A stretch of 58,818 nt of DNA, filler included, from Dugesia japonica (lineage: Eukaryota), in NCBI GenBank assembly GCA_001938525.1. It is 6 parts of 6 records of this genome, joined end to end, with 100 filler letters (N's around TTAATTAATTAA, not from the genome) between each part and the next. Parts side by side here need not be neighbours in the genome. Positions count along the whole stretch, not along the records: positions 18,907 to 29,025 come from MQRL01624670.1; positions 29,126 to 37,962 come from MQRL01603639.1; 4 more parts are not named here. The stretch is one strand, 5' to 3'. The position numbers were made by a program, and so were the translations under genes. The notes under the pieces were generated by a model that searched no databases, was not told the origin of the DNA, and saw only the letters and a list, made by a program, of their open reading frames with translations. Positions 24,420 through 38,062 of the stretch are shown one piece after another; position 1 is the stretch's first letter; each line of letters begins with the position of its first letter.

Positions 24420-25808
24420 TTAGGTTGGTAAGAAAATAATGTCTGTTTTGGATTTTCTATTTTAAACTAAAATAAATCAAAAACAGCAACTAAACCTCGT
24501 TAATTAAAATAGCAACCATTACAATACACATTCTTGCTAACGGGAAACACGTTTTCTCATTCCAGTCGTATAGAAATCCTCACAATAAAGTCNNNNNNNN
24601 NNNNNGCTTGGTTTTTAAAGATTTTCCATCCAAGAAAACAACAAAAATCCTTTAAAAAGTAAGTCAGTAAGTGGAAGTCCGGTGGGTTCCGCGGATAAAG
24701 CCAAATCTTGAAGCATAAATCATCTAACATTGGTATTATTATTTGTGCAGCATGCGGCCTAGTATTGTCACGGAGAACAATTGGACGTTTACTGTTGACC
24801 AAAGCTAGATGAAGAAGTTGCAAATTTTTATGATTCTCGTCGATTTCTGTACAGTATTTGTCCACTGTAATAGTTTCATAGAGAGACGGAAGGTTATAAT
24901 GGATAATGCCTCCAGAATGCAACCAAACGCTTATCCTTAGCTTCTTTGGATGAAGTTAGGGTTTTAAAAATTGTTGTGGAGAATGATCATAGTCAAAACA
25001 CTGCGGAACCCATGCTGTTATACAATTACAATTTTTCATCGTATATCACTATCAGTTCGATGAAAGGGTTGCAGATATTCTGAAAAAGCGACAAACATAC
25101 TTCAAAACGCCGACTTTTTTATTTTTCACTTATACAGCTTTTCCACATTGAACAATTGTTTGAGATACTTCAGAATTGCTACATGATTGAGATTTAACTC
25201 ATGGGGAAACTGTCAAATAGTTTTGTGCGGATCTGTCCTAACCAATTCATTCAATTTTTTATTATCTACGGAAGCTGGAAGTTCAAAACCTTCTACATCT
25301 TTCAGGCTCCTATGCTCATCACTAATATTTTAGAACCAACACCTCATTGAGCGCTCAGTTATTTTCGGAAGATCAATGCGCTATTGATATTTCTACTAGA
25401 CTCTACAGCCTTGTACTCAGTTTGTAATTGTAAAGATAAATGGTAAGCATTCTGTTTTTACGCTATAGATACGTTCCGTGGCAACACGCGTAAAAAAAGA
25501 TAGTGTATCTATATAAACAGATCGGATTGGTTCTATATTTAAAATATCAGCAAAAATAAGGTGAATAAAGTATGATGTAAATTCATGGTTCTTATGTGCT
25601 TTATACAAACATTTTATTTAAACAAAAAGTAAAAGAAACAATTCATTTAATAATTATTTTATAATAAATGCATAATTTTAGATAAAAAAAACATTCATAA
25701 TTTCACAAAATTTACCAGCAAAATCAATAGAAAATCCATTAAAAAAAAACGTTTAAACCACGTAAAAACAGAGTGCAATATTTTATTTGAATCGCGGAAA
25801 ACAGAATT

Positions 25809-25846
<38 letters not shown>

Positions 25847-25945
25847 TTTAAAAAATAATTAAAATAATTTAGAAAAGTTTAGTTCTTTTTGAGTTATTTT
25901 AGTTTTTTTAAAGTAAAAACGGATAATATTTTCTTACCAAGAATT
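24420..25945 (-). mobile_element. Decayed mariner
   Basis: TA + TTAGGTTGGTAAGAAAATA terminal repeat, inverted copy TATTTTCTTACCAA near 25927-25940; GIIHY...IVLRDNTRPHAA. Confidence 0.85.
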
Positions 25946-26003
25946 TTATATTTTATAATAGTAAGTAAAATTTAAAATAATTATAAATTTAAATTGAATC
26001 AAC

Positions 26004-26243
26004 CTGTAAAAATTCCACCTACAATAGCACACAGATTTGTAATAAATTGAACAAAAGATCTATAAATAAAAAGTGAGTAAACATTAAATCTTAAATGGGA
26101 TTTAACTTATCATTTTCTTTTATCCAAACCATAATCGGGTTAATGTCGTAATTAAAAAAAATACCCGGTAGTCCTTCATGACCACCGGACAAAGCAGTTG
26201 GTTTAATATATTTGGTCACAGAGAATTGATTCGTGTGAAGTAC
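26004..26243 (-). CDS. ERGIC3: ER-Golgi intermediate compartment protein 3 (Erv46-like), two internal exons 26243-26107 and 26059-26004
   Basis: Spliced VLHTNQFSVTKY...GLPGIFFNYDINPIMVWIKENDKSFVQFITNLCAIVGGIFT; 47-nt GT-AG intron keeps the frame. Other exons not located. Confidence 0.88.
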
Positions 26244-26601
26244 CTGGATTATAGTAAAAGCAATCAAAAACATAAAAAATGATTGAAGAAAATATTAAAT
26301 GTTCTAAATTTCATTAAATATTTATCTATAATCAAAATAAAATAAAATAGTTCGTTATGATAATTTCGTAAATTAATTGAATTTATAATAATTCGCAATA
26401 AGAAATATAACTAATCGGAACTATTTTTAAAATACATGCTGGGTCGATTAAAACTGTCAATAGTATACTCAGTTAACATTTTACTTTCGAATATTGATGT
26501 TTTGTAATTTATCTCAAATAATAAATGAAATAAATAGCGTCAATGAATAAATAAAACTTTATAAACTCTAAAGTGCATTATTAGGCTGTAAAATAATAGT
26601 A

Positions 26602-26845
26602 CCATGGTGGCCAAGCTGCGGCTCTTCCGTATCTTCAATGCGGCTTAAAATTTTAATTAAAAATTAAAAACCGTTTGCCTACAAGAATTACTGTTTCCAT
26701 ACAACGTATTTTTGTTTATAAAGAAAAACGTGTATATTTTTATACTAAATATTATTAAACAATTACAACATTTTTCTAATTGGAGCTCTCGAATTTCTGT
26801 GTTTAGGATTTTTAGCCCTTATCGGCAAAAAGTCTGGCCACTAGC
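26602..26845. mobile_element. hAT-type MITE
   Basis: Degenerate inverted ends CCATGGTGGCCAAGCTGCGGCTC and AAAAAGTCTGGCCACTAG; no clear target-site duplication. Confidence 0.5.
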
Positions 26846-27082
26846 AAAGGAAACAGTCTATGGGAACTTTTACGTAACTATTACGTATTTGATGTATATT
26901 CATCACGTAGTAGCTGTTACATAACAATTGCACGATTATTATACAATTGTTACGTTATGATTACAAAACAATTTCACAATAGTTAAGTCACAGTTACCAT
27001 GGCAACGGCTACCCCCTGTGCTAAACTTCTTTTCATATGCTCATAATTTTGCGTGATTTTATTTTTTTTATTGTAAATTGTG

Positions 27083-28186
27083 TTGGTTCGTACGGAAAGT
27101 TCGTGCCGATTTTCAGTATGTGGAATTAAAACAGATTTTAATATCTAGGAATGATTGAAAACAAGTCATATCGATTTACATATTCTAAAAATTAAATGAC
27201 ATATGTGATTGACTAAAGATGAAATGATTTGTTTAAATAATCACCGAAAGTATTACGCCAATTTAAATATCGAAGAAAAGAAAATACAATATAGGCATTT
27301 CATGTTGTTCTTTAACAGGAGAGGTAAAATACTACGCAAGCAGCAAACAAAATATACGCTGTTCGTGGTAAAGGTGATTTATATATGAGAGAACTGTTCG
27401 GGAGATTTTTGTTAGATTTGAAGGTGGTCATTTGAAACTTGGCGATAAGGAGCGTCTGGTTCAAGGCAGCACTACTGATGAAGATGATATCAAAAACACT
27501 TGTAGAGAATAATACACACCATGCGACAAGTGAATTAGCAGAAGTGGTAAATATACCAAATACGACAATCTATGAGCATTTATTAAAGCTCGGATACATT
27601 AACCGTTTAGATATATGAATTCCACTCGATTTTAGTGAAAAGAACTAAACATCTGCCACTCATTCTATAAACGCAACGAGGTTACACCATTTCGAAGTAA
27701 GTAGTGACAGGAGATGAGAAATCAATAACTTCAGCGGAAAAGATTCTGGGGAACGCGAATAAAATCACCATTAACCACCCAAAAAGTTGGTCTTCTTTCC
27801 AAAGTTATGCCCTGTGTATGGTTGGACTGGGAAGGAATTTCGTTTTATGAGCTTCAAATTAATACAAACTAATCAGGCGATAAATTCCGAAAAGTATTGT
27901 TTGCATTTAAANNNNNNNNNGTGTTCTGATCTTGTTTATAAATATGAATGTAATGGTGTAATGCCACATACATTGGAGAGACTTCCCATCATCTCTGTAC
28001 AAGAATTCAAGAGCATTTTCGAGTTGGTAGTGGAACAAGTAATATTGCTCAGTTGGAAAGGGCTATCCAATTTTCCTTATTCTATAGATATTGCACCCGC
28101 AGATTTTCACTTATTTAGATCTTTGCAAAATTCCCTTAATGGCAAAAACTTTAGCTCTTTGGTCGTCGATATAACAAAATTATCTA
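27083..28186 (+). mobile_element. Decayed mariner interrupted by a Penelope GIY-YIG fragment (about 27922-28050)
   Basis: VTGDEK and PYSIDIAPADFHLFRSLQNSL; the insert reads VYKYECNG/NATYIGETSHHLCTRIQEH across a frameshift. Confidence 0.85.
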
Positions 28187-29025
28187 GATAATTTTTTCAA
28201 CTGGAAACCTTATAAATTCTGAAAGTATGGAATCTTTAAGTTGGGTGAAAAATTGAGAAAGTTGTGGAACAAAATAGCATGTATATAATTTAAATGTTAC
28301 TTCTGAATTTTCATTATAAATCTGGACAACNNNNNNNNNNNNNNNNNNNNNNNNNNNNNNNNNNNNNNNNNNNNNNNNNNNNNNNNNNNNNNNNNTAATA
28401 AAAACTTTTAAACGCCATTTCAATAAAGATTTAGAAAGACCAGTTTGAACATTAATTTTTGGATCAATCGATCTGATCATCAATGCTTCACACATGACTC
28501 TCTCAATAATCTTTAAANNNNNNNNNNNNNNNNNNNNNNNNNNNNNNNNNNNNNNNNNNNNNNNNNNCTTCGGATACAATAATAATTCTTTTTTTGAAAA
28601 TTCTTTATTTAAACAATATTTATTTCTTTTTTTCTTTTTTTAAAAATTATTATACATAAAAAATTCTGATTATGTAAACAATTATGCAATCTCTCTAATA
28701 AATCAAATTAATTAAAATCATTCAATAAAGATTTAGAAAGACCAGTTTGAATATTAATTTTTGGATCAATCGATCTAATCATCAATGCTTCACAGATGAC
28801 TCTCTCTCAATAATCTTTAAAGTTTTTGCACCAAATTTTAAAATTATTTATACTGATAACTGATTTGCAATTAATGTTATTATGTTCAGCAATATTACTT
28901 CCACTACCAATTCGACAATGCTCTTGAATTCTTGTACAGAGATGACATTGAAGAGACTTCCCGTCATCTATGTACAAGAATTCAAGAGCATCGTCGAGTT
29001 GGTAGTGGAAGTAATATTGCTGAAC
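28187..29025 (-). mobile_element. Penelope-like element remnants: tandemly repeated 3' end and a terminal fold-back
   Basis: CEALMIRSIDPKINVQ (GIY-YIG C-terminus) present twice (28420-28517 and 28722-28820); homologous to 46770-47045. Confidence 0.8.
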
Positions 29026-29354
29026 NNNNNNNNNNNNNNNNNNNNNNNNNNNNNNNNNNNNNNNNNNNNTTAATTAATTAANNNNNNNNNNNNNNNNNNN
29101 NNNNNNNNNNNNNNNNNNNNNNNNNCTGAAATATAACAACTAAAATTTTTATTTTGTACCAATTTACTTAAATGAGTAATATAAGTGTTTATATGTTTAC
29201 TATGCTCAAAATTTGCACTTGAAGATCCCTTGATGTTCCTCATATTCTTCACAATCATCATCTTCCATCTCTTCCTCATCCTCATTTTCATCGTCATAAT
29301 TTATCATTAAAATATATAAACAAATTTGCTTTATAATATTTTCATAAATATTAG

Positions 29355-29662
29355 ATTTGAAACAATCTTTAAATTCAAAAGAAAATTCAATTGAAGAAAA
29401 AGGTTTTCGATTGATTCTTATTTATAATTTTTTTATTTTACATTAGATAAAATTATTGATGATTATAAACTGAAATTGACAGAATTCCAGGAGAAATGTT
29501 GGTTTAATTTATTTAGTTAAAATTAATTTAAAAATATCAGTGAAAGATAAAAGCAAATGGTTTGACGAAGAAATAGGAAAACGAAATATCAAAATGGAAA
29601 AGCTAAACAAAACAATTGAAAATTTAAGAAAAGAAATAAATGATCTTAAAACAGATAAAGAA
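29355..29662 (+). CDS. Three internal exons of an unidentified coiled-coil protein (29355-29402, 29447-29497, 29541-about 29662)
   Basis: 44- and 43-nt GT-AG phase-1 introns splice to an open frame: LKQSLNSKENSIEEKDKIIDDYKLKLTEFQEKLKDKSKWFDEEIGKRNIKMEKLNKTIENLRKEINDLK. Confidence 0.65.
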
Positions 29663-30997
29663 AGTAAATTAAAAGTAAAAAAAGTATATTACTTAATATT
29701 TATTGATTTAATATATTTAATTTATGTTTAATTAATTAATTTCCAGTAGCCATTTCTAAGAGTAATTTAATCAAGTTGAATTTTTTCTTAAATTTATAGT
29801 CGGGATTTAAATTTCTTGTCGAGTGAATTGTGTATTTTCATTAATTTTAATTTTTCCCAATGTTCTAATATTCGACTCATTGCATTTCAAAAAATTGAAA
29901 AAGTATTGAATTTTTTTACTGGACAATTTAATGTAACAGACTGTATAATTGTTCAAAATGGTTTCAATACTTCGAATAATATTTCATCACATCTTTATTA
30001 GTAGCAAACAGTTCAATGTTAAAATATCTGAAAATATAAGATTTTATCACAAATTGTTTTTAAATCTATTTTGAGGGTACATATGTTTTAGACGATGTGT
30101 GAGGATCGGGAGGGAGGTTTTAGAAATGTGAGGTCACATCGAAAATCAAAATTATGTACAACTTCACAACTGTTAAATGTACAGATGTACTATACAATAT
30201 CGCACATATGTACTGTAAGAAAAGTACGGGTTATTTAAAATTTTTAATTTGAAATATTTTTTTTATTTTTTTGGTGGTCATTAGAGGATTGTGTCAAAAT
30301 CTGACTATGAGGAAATAATCATTAATTAATAATTTCAGCCAATAAGAATGGAGATAACTAAATATTATTATTTAGTTAATTGTATCTTATAATCNNNNNN
30401 NNNNNNNNNNNNNNNNNNNNNNNNNNNNNNNNNNNNNNNNNNNNNNNNNNNNNNNNNNNNNNNNNNNNNAACAATTGAAGATTTACCTAACACTGACGAA
30501 ATAGGGGAGGGGGTAATATATGTACACTGTGAAATGGTTTCATATATAATTGAGTAGTTAATAATTCACCAGGTTTTTTTTGGATTAAAGTGTCTAGAAA
30601 AGGAATCTCAAAGTCATTTGATTTCTCTAAAGTGAATTTAATGTTATCTTATATTGATTTTAGAATTATCTTCTTTAATTAGTAATTATTCATGTTTTTT
30701 TCCTGTGGAGTATGGAAATGTATTCTGTTCCTAGTGTTTTCCATTTCAATTAAAGAAGACAATACTAAAAGCATTGTAATTTATTAAGGGTGCAGAAAAG
30801 TAATGAGAAAAAAATTTATTCCTTTTGTTATGTTTTTATTGAAGAACTAAAGTTTTTTTACAAATGTTAATAAATGTTAACATGCTAATAAATATCAGAG
30901 AAAAAATTAAACAAATATTTTGAAAAACAAGTCTCATTATTTAAAATTAAATTTCAACTGCAAAGATCAAAACGATGTTCTTCTATTTTAATAAATG

Positions 30998-31030
30998 GTT
31001 CAATATTTCGGCTATGCTTTCTTCAGGAAC
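30998..31030 (-). ncRNA. Minimal type I hammerhead ribozyme motif
   Basis: GTTC-CTGAAGA-AAGCATAGCC-GAAA-TATT-GAAC: helix I GTTC/GAAC, both core boxes intact, palindromic AATATT in place of helix III, weak helix II. Confidence 0.6.
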
Positions 31031-32719
31031 TATTGCTCAATTCATTTTTGTTATAAACGTTTAAATAGCAACACCATTTACATTAAACTGATTAAAATTA
31101 ATTAACACTGGCTTCTAATTATAACGTTAAATTTTAAATTTATTGAACATATTCTCAGTAAATTGGTGTAGACCATCAAATAAAGAAAATACTGTTTAAA
31201 ATTTGTATTTAAAAATAGCTAACAAAGATTTTGTGAAAAAACATGTAAGACATTGTTTGTTATATGAATTCGATTTGGGCACAAATGCTTCAAATGTAGC
31301 TTATCGTTTAAAATCAATTTATAATAATAATAGTCTAAGTGCTGCCTTATGTTATTGTTGGTATGAAAAATTCTGAAATGGCAACAGAAGTCTTGAAGAC
31401 AATCCAAAGTCGGACAATCAAGTTTTTAGACAATTGGTTGACTGAGATCCGAGGAAAATTTGTGAAGAGGTAGCCCATAAGATGCCAGTCAATAGGGGAA
31501 CTATAGGAGACAATTTACATCAAATTGGAAATTCTTTTCGGACAGGAATTTGGATGCCAAACAAATTAAGTGAAAATTAAAAAATCTTTATAGATTACAC
31601 TTTGAAATTCAACTTTTATTCGTAATGAAAATAATCCATTTCTTAAGCCAATTATAACATCTAATGAAAAGTGCGTTATGTATGACAATTTACATCAAGG
31701 AAACCAATGGTTAAGTTCAGGTGAATCAGTATTTCAGTCTTCAAAACCAGATTTTCATCAAAAACAGCATTACTTTAGTGGGATTTTGAATTTTTTTGTG
31801 TATTTTGTTGGGAGAACCTTTTCAGGCTTTTATGTGTATTTTTTGTAGGAATTCGGGCAAACCGATCATGTTGTTTAAATAATATGAAAATTTAAAATTT
31901 TTTAAATGCAATTTCTCTGGGAATCTGGATGAACAGTCTAAATTTTTGAAAAATATGTTCTATATATTTGATTACAAAGATTTTTATGCCAAACTCTGAG
32001 AATTTTACGGCAATAATTTTTCACAAATAAAAACTTTTCAAAAAACCTTTCCATCTTAAATGCCAACAAAGTGTCTATTCAATAGAGAATGTTTCGCTGA
32101 TTCTAAATATGTTAACCTAAAATCGCCAAAGTTAATACTTGATTAAATAAATGAGGTTTTGTCATGAGAAAATCTCTAAACTCAGATTTTAGCGCTCAGA
32201 TCTCTGTGCGCAGATGATAGCTAAAGACTAAAATTTGGTATTATTTTACTCAGGAGGAAAACGTGACTATGCCAAGTTAAAATATCGTCTCGTTGAATAT
32301 GCTTCAAAACAAATATGTACAGCCTCCCTCCATGATTTTGTAACATTTTTGAAAATATCAAAAGTATCTCAAAATTTATGGGAATGGATACTAATTGACT
32401 TGAAACTTTACGGTGAGTATAAATAACACGGTTAAAAATCAACAAACCTTATACATAAAAGGTTATATAGAGAAATCAAACATTGAATATTATAGTTCAC
32501 CCAGAGAAACATTAGAAATCATAAAAAGACAAGTATAAAACTAAAACTATATAATAAGACAAAGATATTTTTAATACAAAAATTTATTTAATAAAAATCT
32601 GGTTTTTGATTGAAATTGTTGATTGAAAATTGATTATTGAAATTACTAATAAATTAAATTAATTAATTTCAATTAATAAATCAAATCATTACCTGTTACT
32701 AGCTTATCTGAATATATTC

Positions 32720-33600
32720 TTATTTATTGCGGTTCAATAATCTAAAATGTCCATATGGTAAACTTATGTTAATATCAGTTCATTACCGTTTGTCGTCATT
32801 GTTTGATAAAGTAACTTTAGAATCCCTTAAACTAAACAGTTGATGATTTATGCTTCCTATTCTAAACTGATTTACTGAGACCTTTTGATTATTTTCATAA
32901 CAATCTAGATATAATTTATGTGACAAGTTAGTATCTTTTAATGTTACACCCTTAGTCTTTATGCTTTCCTTTTCACTCAGAAGACTGTAACCTTTAAGTC
33001 TCAGAAAAACCCATTCCTTATATTTTTACCCTTATTCCCATCTTTAAATTTTCCAACAACTGAATTTAATTTACTATATAGTAAATGATCTTTACTGTAT
33101 TTAGACGTATCCGATAAATTATCGTTTACTATGATTCCTAATAGTTTCTCTAACTTAATGTATTTTACCTCTTAAAAGAAACTATCAGTATCTCCATCAA
33201 CTATATAAACTGTACAATTCTGATCCTTTTTATATTTTTACCCAATTCAACATATTGTAATTGGTACATTCTCAGTTTAAGAAGATTCAACACTGTTTGT
33301 CCTATATAACTAGGTCTATTCAAGCATATTGTTTCTTTATTAAGCATGACAGCAATTAAACCGTTAGCTATTTTAACAGATTTTTTAAATCCAGGTTTTG
33401 AAGCGTATGTAACTGATTTTTTAGCTGAGTTATATTACCTGAGATTCATTTGTTTCTTTAAACTCTCAAACGGTTTTTCATAAAGACTGTTGCTCAGTTG
33501 TTTATAATATCTCTTATCCTATTCTGAAGTACTCCTTGATCGTAGTTGAGTATTTACATCAACTTATTCCTTAAATATATTATTTTGCGTGAATTTGATT
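32720..33600 (-). pseudogene. Protein-primed DNA polymerase B (Polinton/Maverick), C-terminal part
   Basis: YYKQLSNSLYEK (motif B), LNRPSYIGQTVLNLLKLRMY, DGDTDSF (motif C), VVGKFKD, KTKGV, NDDKR...LPYGH; stops and frameshifts. Confidence 0.9.
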
Positions 33601-34199
33601 TACAATCTGATTCTGTAAACCAATGAATAGATTAAGCAAATGAACACCACACATTATATCACATGTAGTACTTTTTCAGTGTTTGATCGAATCAGCAAAG
33701 TTTTTAACTTATTACAATAAATTAATTTAATTTTAGACTATTAATGTAATCTAATCTAATTATGTTTCGAAAAATTTGTACTATTAAGAAAATTTGTGTA
33801 TGTGAAATTAATAAGTCTTGTAATTTAAATTTGTATGTTTTTATTATTAACAATAAATTTATTTAGTAAATTTTATAAATTTTTGAAAATTTAAGTTTAG
33901 TACAGTAAGCCAATGTAATAGAGTAAGTTCGTGTGTTTCAGTAAAGCCCATGAGTATGTGTTAACAATAGCGATATTTAAATAGTTTTAATATTTTATCA
34001 ATGTAATTTTATTATTATTTTTCAGTTTTTAGTTTTTCAATGGAAATAGTTTGAAAAAATTTTATTACTTATGTTTAAAAGTAAATCAAAATTAATATTA
34101 TAAAAATCGTTTAAATTCAACATTTACTGAAAAAATCTTTAATTTAAAATAAAATGTAAAATTTTGAAATTTACTGACAATAAATTAAAATTAACACAT

Positions 34200-34904
34200 G
34201 ACATAAAATATACAGCAAACCCTTTAAATAAATTTTTCAGTATTTTTTTTGAATTGAATGCTACAATTTTCATAACCATTCACCGAGAAATTCGTAGATA
34301 AAGGTCAACTGTTTCCGTGCGCTAGTACCTTTTCTGAGAGAACCAAACATTTTTGTTCAACAAACGCTATGAAAAATATGTTCAGTTTTTAATTCTAAGT
34401 TCAGCAATACCAAATTTGTTTGATTATCATAAGTATTTTTTGAAAAAAAAATTTTTATCCTCGGGGCGACATGGCTCTTGGCAATTTTCTATCCTTTTAA
34501 CTAAGCATATTTTTACAGCAAACCCTGTAAAAAATGTGTTTGGAATTTTATTCCAAATCGAATAGTACCATTTACAAACCAATCCCATAAGGTTTGGTTG
34601 AGAAATTTAAAAAACAAGGACAACAGTTCCGTGTGATAGTACCTTTTCCCAGAGAACCAAGCATATTCATATAGCAAATCCTTTACAAAAAATGTTCACC
34701 TTTCAATTCTAAGACGATCAATTCCAAATTCGAAACTATACGATGGAATTTGACAAAAAACAAATTTTCAAAATTCGACCTTCCAGAACCAAAATTTGAC
34801 CATTCCAACCCGAATTTTATTTTATATTCGAAACNNNNNNNNNNNNNNNNNNNNNNNNNNNNNNNNNNNNNNNNTTGCCGGTGAGTTGCTAGTATCCATC
34901 TACT
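34200..34904 (-). repeat. Probable Maverick terminal repeat with internal tandem units of about 150 bp (dimer about 303 bp)
   Basis: TACAGCAAACCCT at 34211 and 34514; TAGTACCTTTTC..AGAGAACCAA twice; ends in CTACT (5'-AGTAG) exactly where the mariner resumes. Confidence 0.6.
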
Positions 34905-37900
34905 AAATAGAATCTTTAAAATCAATTTTGGTAAAGAAATGTCCTGAATTGATTAACAGAAAAGGCTTTATTCATCTTCATGATAACGCAAAATCACAAA
35001 ATTCAAAGATGAGTCAATTAAACATCAGAGATTTTGGCTTTGAAGTTTTGCAACATTCCCCATATAGTCCGGACATTGCCCCAGCAGATTATTATCTTTT
35101 CTGTTCTCTCGAACACATTTTAAGAGGTAATATTTAAAAAAGTTTAGAAGACCACTCCAAGTATTTTTTTGAAAAAGAAGTCAATTTTTATTCGGATGGT
35201 ATTCATTTGTTAGTGAATGGATGGCAAAGAGTTATTGAAAATGATGGCAATTATGTAAATGAATAATTGTTTTTTGTTAATGAATAAAATAGTTTTGATT
35301 TTTTTAAAGACTTTTCTCATTACTTTTCTGCACCCATAATATAATAATTAAATAATTAAAAAAATGTAAATTAACCAATTCAAGTTCAATAAAATAAATT
35401 AATTCAAAAAAATATTTATATTGAAAATATAAATATTGAATAATAAAAATTCAGTTTCTGACGAAAATTCAAAATACTTTAAAAAACAAAAAAATATTGA
35501 TCGAAGCTTTCAATTTAATAGAATATTTTCAAGTTGTGTTTTTATTTTTATAATTGTAAATAATTTAAATGTAAGATGATGCAGTTTTTTATTTTATGTG
35601 TTAATAAAAGAAATCTGTAGAACCCAGAAGCGTCTCCTGGATCAATATTGGGACAACTGGGATGTATATAATGCTCAACATTTTTTATATTCATTTATGA
35701 ACTCTTATCAAAATATCAAATAAAAAAATTAAAAAATGACTAACTAACCAACTGAAACTATTTTAACAAATTTGTTAATCACTGATTAAACCAAATAAAA
35801 ATTTACTGTTGATTGGAGTTCACAAGTGCTTCCGATAAATCGTTCAATTTAAGATTTTCGGTAATAATTAATTTATAATTTTCAAAAATAATTTATATCG
35901 TTCAGTATAGGATTCTCTATAATTATTTTGATCGTACGATTTAGGATTCTCTAAAATTTTCTGTTTCTGCTTTCCATTTTATTAAAAAAAATATTCAAAT
36001 GTTTAAATTCTGTCTTGTTCTGTTATTCCTTTTCTTCTTTACAAAGTTTCAATTTTCGGCGGTTACCAAGTTTTAATATTTTTTCAAATTTTAAATTGTG
36101 TCGATAATTTTTATTGATACTTTATATTACATAAAACATTTCTATATTATCAAATAAAAAATACATGTATACATACATGCATTTTGTACATAAAAATACA
36201 TTGAAAAAAAACACTACCATTAAAGATGAGTTTTTAGTACTAACCAAAGAATTAAATTCACAATTTGATCCCATTAAAGATTTATTCCCGAAACAAAACT
36301 ATAAAAATCATTATTTGTTTATTCAAACAAATTAAAAACTCTATGCTTAGTTAGAAATCACAATCTTTTTAATTTATTTAAATTTTAAAATAAAATACTC
36401 ATTTTATCATTGTGAGGATTTACTTTTAAGAANNNNNNNNNNNNNNNNNNNNNNCTTGTTATTTGGTTTTTGTTTAAATATTGGAAAGTTTTGAGTGTAG
36501 ATTTGAAATTAGAAATTGTGTAAATTTGTTAAAAGTGTACTATTTTGTTAATTAACTTAAATATTTCAATTAAATATTTAAACTATTTATATTTGAACTA
36601 TATTATCTTTATTAAAGTTGTAGTATTTTCGTTTTATTTTACGACTTTAAATGTTAGCCATAATCAAATACGAATTTTGTAGTTTAGAAAATTTGTAGGA
36701 GTTACTATTCAGAAGCCAGATAGTTTATAAGAGAAGATACTTTACTGTATCATGAATAAAATTTTAGAAACAAATAATTTTTCATTTAAAACATCGAAAA
36801 TTTTAAAAAAAATATTTTAATTTATGAGTCATTCAAAAATGTCTACAATAAATTATGTACATAAATATTTTAACTAATTCTTAATTTTTGCCTAAAAATT
36901 TAATATTCATTATTTCTTAACAATTCCAAAAATTTTAGCATAAATTTTTTCATTTATAATTTCCACCCTTTTTCTTTTTAATCAAAAAACTTCTAATAAT
37001 CAATAAAAATNNNNNNNNNNNNNNNNNNNNNNNNNNNNNNNNNNNNNNNNNNNNNNNNNNNNNNNNNNNNNNNNNNNNNNNNNNNNNNNNNNNNNNATTA
37101 TTATTATTATTATTATTATGATTATTTTTGCTCTGCTATTTCTTTGTAATTCTTTTGGTGAAGCTATTAATTATAACAAATTAATATTACATTATTTTTT
37201 GTAAAAAAGGACTGAAAAAATTGATTAATTGTTAATTATCATTAATTTTGAAAAATTAAAAACACATTTCGTTAACAAATATTATAGTTTATTTGTATAG
37301 AAGTATTTTTATCTTCAAAATATCTTTGCAATCGTAGAATTAGGGCTTTTCCATAGTTTATTAAATTCTCTGTTTCAGGATTCTACGGAGTGCAGCTCAG
37401 TACACGCGGAAAGTCAATTACAAGTATTAAAATTGAGAATTTAATTATATCAAATTAAAAAAAACAGATTGAAAAATTGAATGAAATTGATCGATTAATT
37501 CCGAAGTTTGCAGATTTTTATTATTTTAATAATATATATCTATTATTCTTAATAATATATAATATATAATTCTTTATATATATAATATATATTTATTTTT
37601 CTTTCTTGATATACAAAATAGTAATAATAATAATAATGTTGGGTTTCAACCTAAGCTAAATGTTTTCTTTTATGACTGGGGGCGTGGTCGCCTTACAGAA
37701 CCCCGCTAATAATTTAATTTAGCGTCCCTATGCTAAATCTTCAGAAAATGACCGGTGACTCACAACCCGTAGTTTGAGTGCATGTCTGTACTCTTTTGGT
37801 TCGAGTTCTTTCTCTCACCCTGATGCATAACTAAGTAGGTGTTAATCCTATGTTGGTCTAGATTTGTTCAATTACTTTCATCCAATAACTACTTTTTATA

Positions 37901-38062
37901 GTAAAACTATGATTCCTCTAATCGTTATGCCCAACATGACACTGTTCCTTTATTTATCTTTANNNNNNNNNNNNNNNNNNNNNNNNNNNNNNNNNNNNNN
38001 NNNNNNTTAATTAATTAANNNNNNNNNNNNNNNNNNNNNNNNNNNNNNNNNNNNNNNNNNNN

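Larger units (their letters stand above)
30782..35341 (+). mobile_element. Mariner split by about 3.1 kb of inserted DNA
   Basis: Inverted ends TATTAAGGGTGCAGAAAAGTAATGAG / CTCATTACTTTTCTGCACCCATAATA; 5' transposase to about 31790 (IITSNEKCVMYDN), 3' part from 34905 (LHDNAK, SPYSPDIAPADY). Confidence 0.9.

Noticed and set aside
29205-29307. Acidic mini-ORF MINYDDENEDEEEMEDDD on the minus strand
   Set aside because: Low complexity, at a scaffold edge, and no second exon can be confirmed.
34200-34730. CRISPR-like array
   Set aside because: Degenerate tandem units of about 150 bp with no unique spacers and no cas genes, in a eukaryotic context.
37118-37412. Small exons of a secreted protein (also 35621-35663)
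   Set aside because: Plausible AG/GT-bounded pieces, but no convincing spliced frame or homology could be built.
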